From an uncultured Acidimicrobiales bacterium (GTDB lineage Bacteria; Actinomycetota; Acidimicrobiia; Acidimicrobiales; SZUA-35): a DNA stretch of 64,000 nucleotides. The stretch spans positions 8,749-72,748 of the forward strand of contig CALIFY010000010.1 in the NCBI GenBank assembly GCA_938021675.1, in the 5' to 3' direction. Below are positions 61,770 to 64,000 of this stretch, in pieces (the first letter of the stretch is position 1; each line of letters begins with the position of its first letter). The notes below the pieces were generated by a model. The model made no database searches, was not told the DNA's origin, and worked only from the letters and a program-made list of their open reading frames with translations. The translations under genes were made by a program, and so were the position numbers.

Positions 61770-62167
61770 TGCCCGAGCGGCCTGCGGTCAGAGGGAGCGA
61801 TAGCGAACTCGGCCTTACGTCGGCGGAGTTGACGATCGGGCTAATGCTCTTCACCGCGTTAGTGCTGTTCGCTCTCAATCTTGCGTTTGTTCAATACGTG
61901 AGGGGGGCGGCTCGCAGTGCTGCGGCGGAAGGAGCCCAAGCCGGCGCTCTGGCCGATCGCGGTGTCGCCGAATGTCAGCGGGTTGGGATCGACGCGTTGG
62001 CTGACCTGCTGGGTGAGAAGGTGTCCGAGCGGATCGGTTTCCGCTGCGCTGAGATCGACGATTCGATGGTCGCCGTCGCTTCCGGCAGCGTTGCTCCGTG
62101 GATCGGATTCATGCCTGATGTCGGCGTTGAAACTCGCGTCGCAGTCCGTCAGGAGCCTGATCTATGA
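61769..62167 (+). CDS. TadE-like pseudopilin
   Basis: 132 aa. N-terminal SELG|LTSAELTIGLMLFTALVLFAL (TadE motif). 1-nt overlap with the flp stop. Confidence 0.7.
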   Translation: MPERPAVRGSDSELGLTSAELTIGLMLFTALVLFALNLAFVQYVRGAARSAAAEGAQAGALADRGVAECQRVGIDALADLLGEKVSERIGFRCAEIDDSMVAVASGSVAPWIGFMPDVGVETRVAVRQEPDL

Positions 62168-62610
62168 CCGGGTTGCCGACCGATCGCTCAGTCGGAAAAG
62201 CAGCGGACGATAGAGGTTTGTTGACCGCCGAACTAGCGGTCGGTCTTCTCCTGGTCTTCCTGCCGCTCGTCCTATTTCTGACAGCGGTGTTCCAATGGCC
62301 TGAGCGTCAAGCTGCGGCATCGCTTGCTGCGTCAGAGGGAGCCCGAGCAGCGGCCCTGGCCGACAATGCAACGGATGCCAGGGCAGCTATGGAACGACAA
62401 GTGCGGACGTCGATTGCCGCTTCCGGCATTTCTGGTGCCGACGTCGTAGCGTCAATCGATGGGGAGTTCGAGCCTGGCAAGCACATCTTTGTCACCGTTG
62501 CGGTCAGGCTCCCAACTATCGCTGCTCCCGGCCTGCCTCCGTTGACATCGAGGACTCACCGGGTCACGATCGCCGAGCGAGTCGAGTTTCATAGGACGGT
62601 GTCGACATGA
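62164..62610 (+). CDS. TadE-like pseudopilin (second copy)
   Basis: 148 aa: DDRG|LLTAELAVGLLLVFLPLVLFL. ATGA overlaps on both sides. Confidence 0.7.
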   Translation: MTGLPTDRSVGKAADDRGLLTAELAVGLLLVFLPLVLFLTAVFQWPERQAAASLAASEGARAAALADNATDARAAMERQVRTSIAASGISGADVVASIDGEFEPGKHIFVTVAVRLPTIAAPGLPPLTSRTHRVTIAERVEFHRTVST

Positions 62611-63104
62611 TCGTCGGCGCCGAGTCTGCCTCCACGCCTTGGCGTGATCGGGCTCGCTCCGATGATGGTCTCGTCACGGTTTGGGTGCTGGCCGTTTTGC
62701 CGGTCGTCATCGGATTCTTCGCGGTCGGGCTCGCCCTTTGGTCTGGCTATGCCACTCGGCAGCACCTCTCCCAAATGGCGGAAGCGGCCGCCCGGTCTGG
62801 CGCCAACGCCATCGACGAAACAGTGTTCAACGAGACCGGCGAGGTCACGCTCGTAGAGGAGTCGGTGATCCTGCTTGCTACCGAAACCCTCGCCATTCAA
62901 CCAGATCGAGAACGGCTGACCGGCGGCTCGGTCAGCGTCGTGGACGACCAGGTGTTTGTTGTCGTGGTCGGCGAGGTCAGTCTGCTTGGGCTCGGCTCTG
63001 TCGGAATTGAAGTCGATGCTACCGCTGAGCCACGACTCGATCGAGCCACGGTGTCATCGCCCTCGACCGACGTTGCTGCGACGAACCAAACGACAAGCCC
63101 GTGA
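62607..63104 (+). CDS. TadG/Rv3654c-type TadE-like pilus protein
   Basis: 165 aa: SDDG|LVTVWVLAVLPVVIGFFAVGLAL, then ...AAARSGANAID, typical of the third pseudopilin-like gene of actinobacterial tad loci. Confidence 0.65.
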   Translation: MIVGAESASTPWRDRARSDDGLVTVWVLAVLPVVIGFFAVGLALWSGYATRQHLSQMAEAAARSGANAIDETVFNETGEVTLVEESVILLATETLAIQPDRERLTGGSVSVVDDQVFVVVVGEVSLLGLGSVGIEVDATAEPRLDRATVSSPSTDVAATNQTTSP

Positions 63105-63135
63105 TGCGCCCGGCCTAACAGTAGGAGCTCAACCC

Positions 63136-63375
63136 ATGAGACCGATCGATATCGAAACCGCAACCTTCGACGTGGCACGACGAGGCTACGACCGCCGTCA
63201 AGTCGACGCATACCTCGCTCGGGTTGCGTTCGCCTTCCGTTCGGCAGCCCATCGGTACGACATCGACTGGGCAAAGGAGAGCTGTGGTTGTGGATCAGGT
63301 CACGACCTTGAAGCTCGTCTCGAACACGCCAATGGTCGTCTCAGCGGCGGCCCGTCCACGGCGGGTTCGGGGTGA
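63136..63375 (+). CDS. Small DivIVA-domain protein
   Basis: AGGAG lies 8 nt before ATG 63136. MRPIDIETATFDVARRGYDRRQVDAYLARV matches the DivIVA N-terminal motif (FxxxxRGYDxxEVDxFL). The track ORF starts further upstream, inside the previous gene. Confidence 0.7.
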   Translation: MRPIDIETATFDVARRGYDRRQVDAYLARVAFAFRSAAHRYDIDWAKESCGCGSGHDLEARLEHANGRLSGGPSTAGSG

Positions 63376-63563
63376 AAGGCGCAGTCGAGTATGACTGGCT
63401 CTCGTTTCTGCCGGTTGTAAAACCGCCGCCCTTCGACGATGAGGGTTGGCAACTAGCGCGTGATCGTCGAAGGCGTCAGGTTGTCAATATCGCTGCCGCA
63501 TTGGCGGTAGCGCTTGTACTCAATGCATTGAGTTTTGCACTGGTTGCGTTACTGCTGAATTGA
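63372..63563 (+). CDS. 63-aa protein with a C-terminal TM helix, coupled (GTGA) to the DivIVA-domain gene
   Basis: GTG 63372 overlaps the stop at 63373-63375. RRRRQVVNIAAALAVALVLNALSFALVALLL. No family recognised. Confidence 0.4.
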   Translation: MKGAVEYDWLSFLPVVKPPPFDDEGWQLARDRRRRQVVNIAAALAVALVLNALSFALVALLLN

Positions 63564-63646
63564 GAACCCGAATAGCACAAACAATTGAACGAAGTGTTGG
63601 TTTGCTGTTGATGATATTGACCCACTGTGGTTTGAAAGGCGAGTGA

Positions 63647-64000
63647 ATGATGTTGGTCTGGCGTGGTTGTGTTGCGGGTGTGTGCGTTGCGTTCGGGTTG
63701 GTGGCGGGCTCGGTTGGAGTCGGTGTTGGGCCGGTTGGGGCCCAGGCGCCTGGTGGTTCGGTCGACGGTGTGGTGCCGGGTGTTGGGTGGTCGGTTGGTT
63801 GGTCTGGCGAGGGAGAGGTGTTGGCTGGTTCTGAGGTTGGGTTGTGGATTGAGCCTGCACCGGTTGTTGTGCCTGAAGGTGGGGTGCTCGTGTGGCGGTT
63901 GTCTTCGGGTGTTGTGGAGACGGTGTCTGGTGGGTCGTCTGAATTTCCTGCGGTGTTGGTGGAGTTTGTTGAGAGGGAGCGGGTTGTTGTTGATCTTGTA
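63647..64000 (+). CDS. 5' part (118 codons) of a Val/Gly-rich secreted protein with aberrant G/T-rich codon usage; continues past the window
   Basis: My translation: MMLVWRGCVAGVCVAFGLVAGSVGVGVGPVGAQA|PGGSVDGVVPGVGWSVGWSGEGEVLAGSEVGLWIEPAPVVVPEGGVLVWRLSSGVVETVSGGSSEFPAVLVEFVERERVVVDLV. It has a signal-peptide-like start, strong G at codon position 1, and is open to the window end. It is absent from the ORF track because there is no stop. Confidence 0.55.
   Translation, partial: MMLVWRGCVAGVCVAFGLVAGSVGVGVGPVGAQAPGGSVDGVVPGVGWSVGWSGEGEVLAGSEVGLWIEPAPVVVPEGGVLVWRLSSGVVETVSGGSSEFPAVLVEFVERERVVVDLV

Noticed and set aside
63549-63860. 103-aa Pro/Gln/Thr-rich minus-strand ORF, and the 63-aa plus-strand ORF at 63643-63834.
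   Set aside because: Both are alternative frames of the G/T-skewed region. The plus frame starting at 63647 has G-dominated first codon positions, a signal peptide, and stays open to the window end.

Overview
This is a 64-kb, densely coding stretch of a high-GC Actinomycetota chromosome (roughly 60-65% GC by eye). I call about 66 CDS and one tRNA. I saw no rRNA, CRISPR array, IS element or integrase. The landmark is the phylum-typical cell-envelope and phospho-signalling cluster at 19.9-29.2 kb: tRNA-Leu(CAG), fhaA, fhaB, pstP, rodA, pbpA, pknB, then trpG and crgA. pknA is missing from this cluster. Its slot holds a 15-bp tandem-repeat array that forms a small ORF coupled by stop/start overlap at both ends. 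Other blocks, left to right:
- A partial CvnA-like sensor kinase.
- A DinB/amine-oxidase pair and a tandem dodecin pair.
- pheA.
- Two ArfA-like OmpA/BON proteins.
- A COG4315-lipoprotein/cupredoxin/membrane-protein trio.
- An XRE+DUF397 regulator islet with a 591-aa duplicated TetR-like protein, lying against the 3' end of the tRNA.
- fadD and a TPP enzyme.
- A MacB-type ABC transporter with a divergent OmpR/HK pair.
- aroC, a ferredoxin and trpB2.
- A TetR-coupled xanthine-dehydrogenase-family operon.
- A complete, fully translationally coupled actinobacterial Tad/Flp pilus operon (56.2-63.1 kb), followed by a DivIVA-domain mini-operon.
- A truncated G/T-skewed secreted-protein gene at the right edge.

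The ORF track accepts GTG/TTG starts and reports the longest ORF, so several starts were trimmed by hand. Many long antisense ORFs are high-GC shadows. I found no clear novel multi-gene system such as a defence island. The most unusual items are:
- The repeat/ORF in the pknA slot.
- The tRNA-adjacent regulator islet.
- An iteron-like 6-unit repeat array.
- Paired palindromes containing a DnaA-box sequence in a convergent gap.
- The abrupt codon-usage switch at 63.6 kb.

All calls rest on reading the sequence and recognising motifs; no searches were run.
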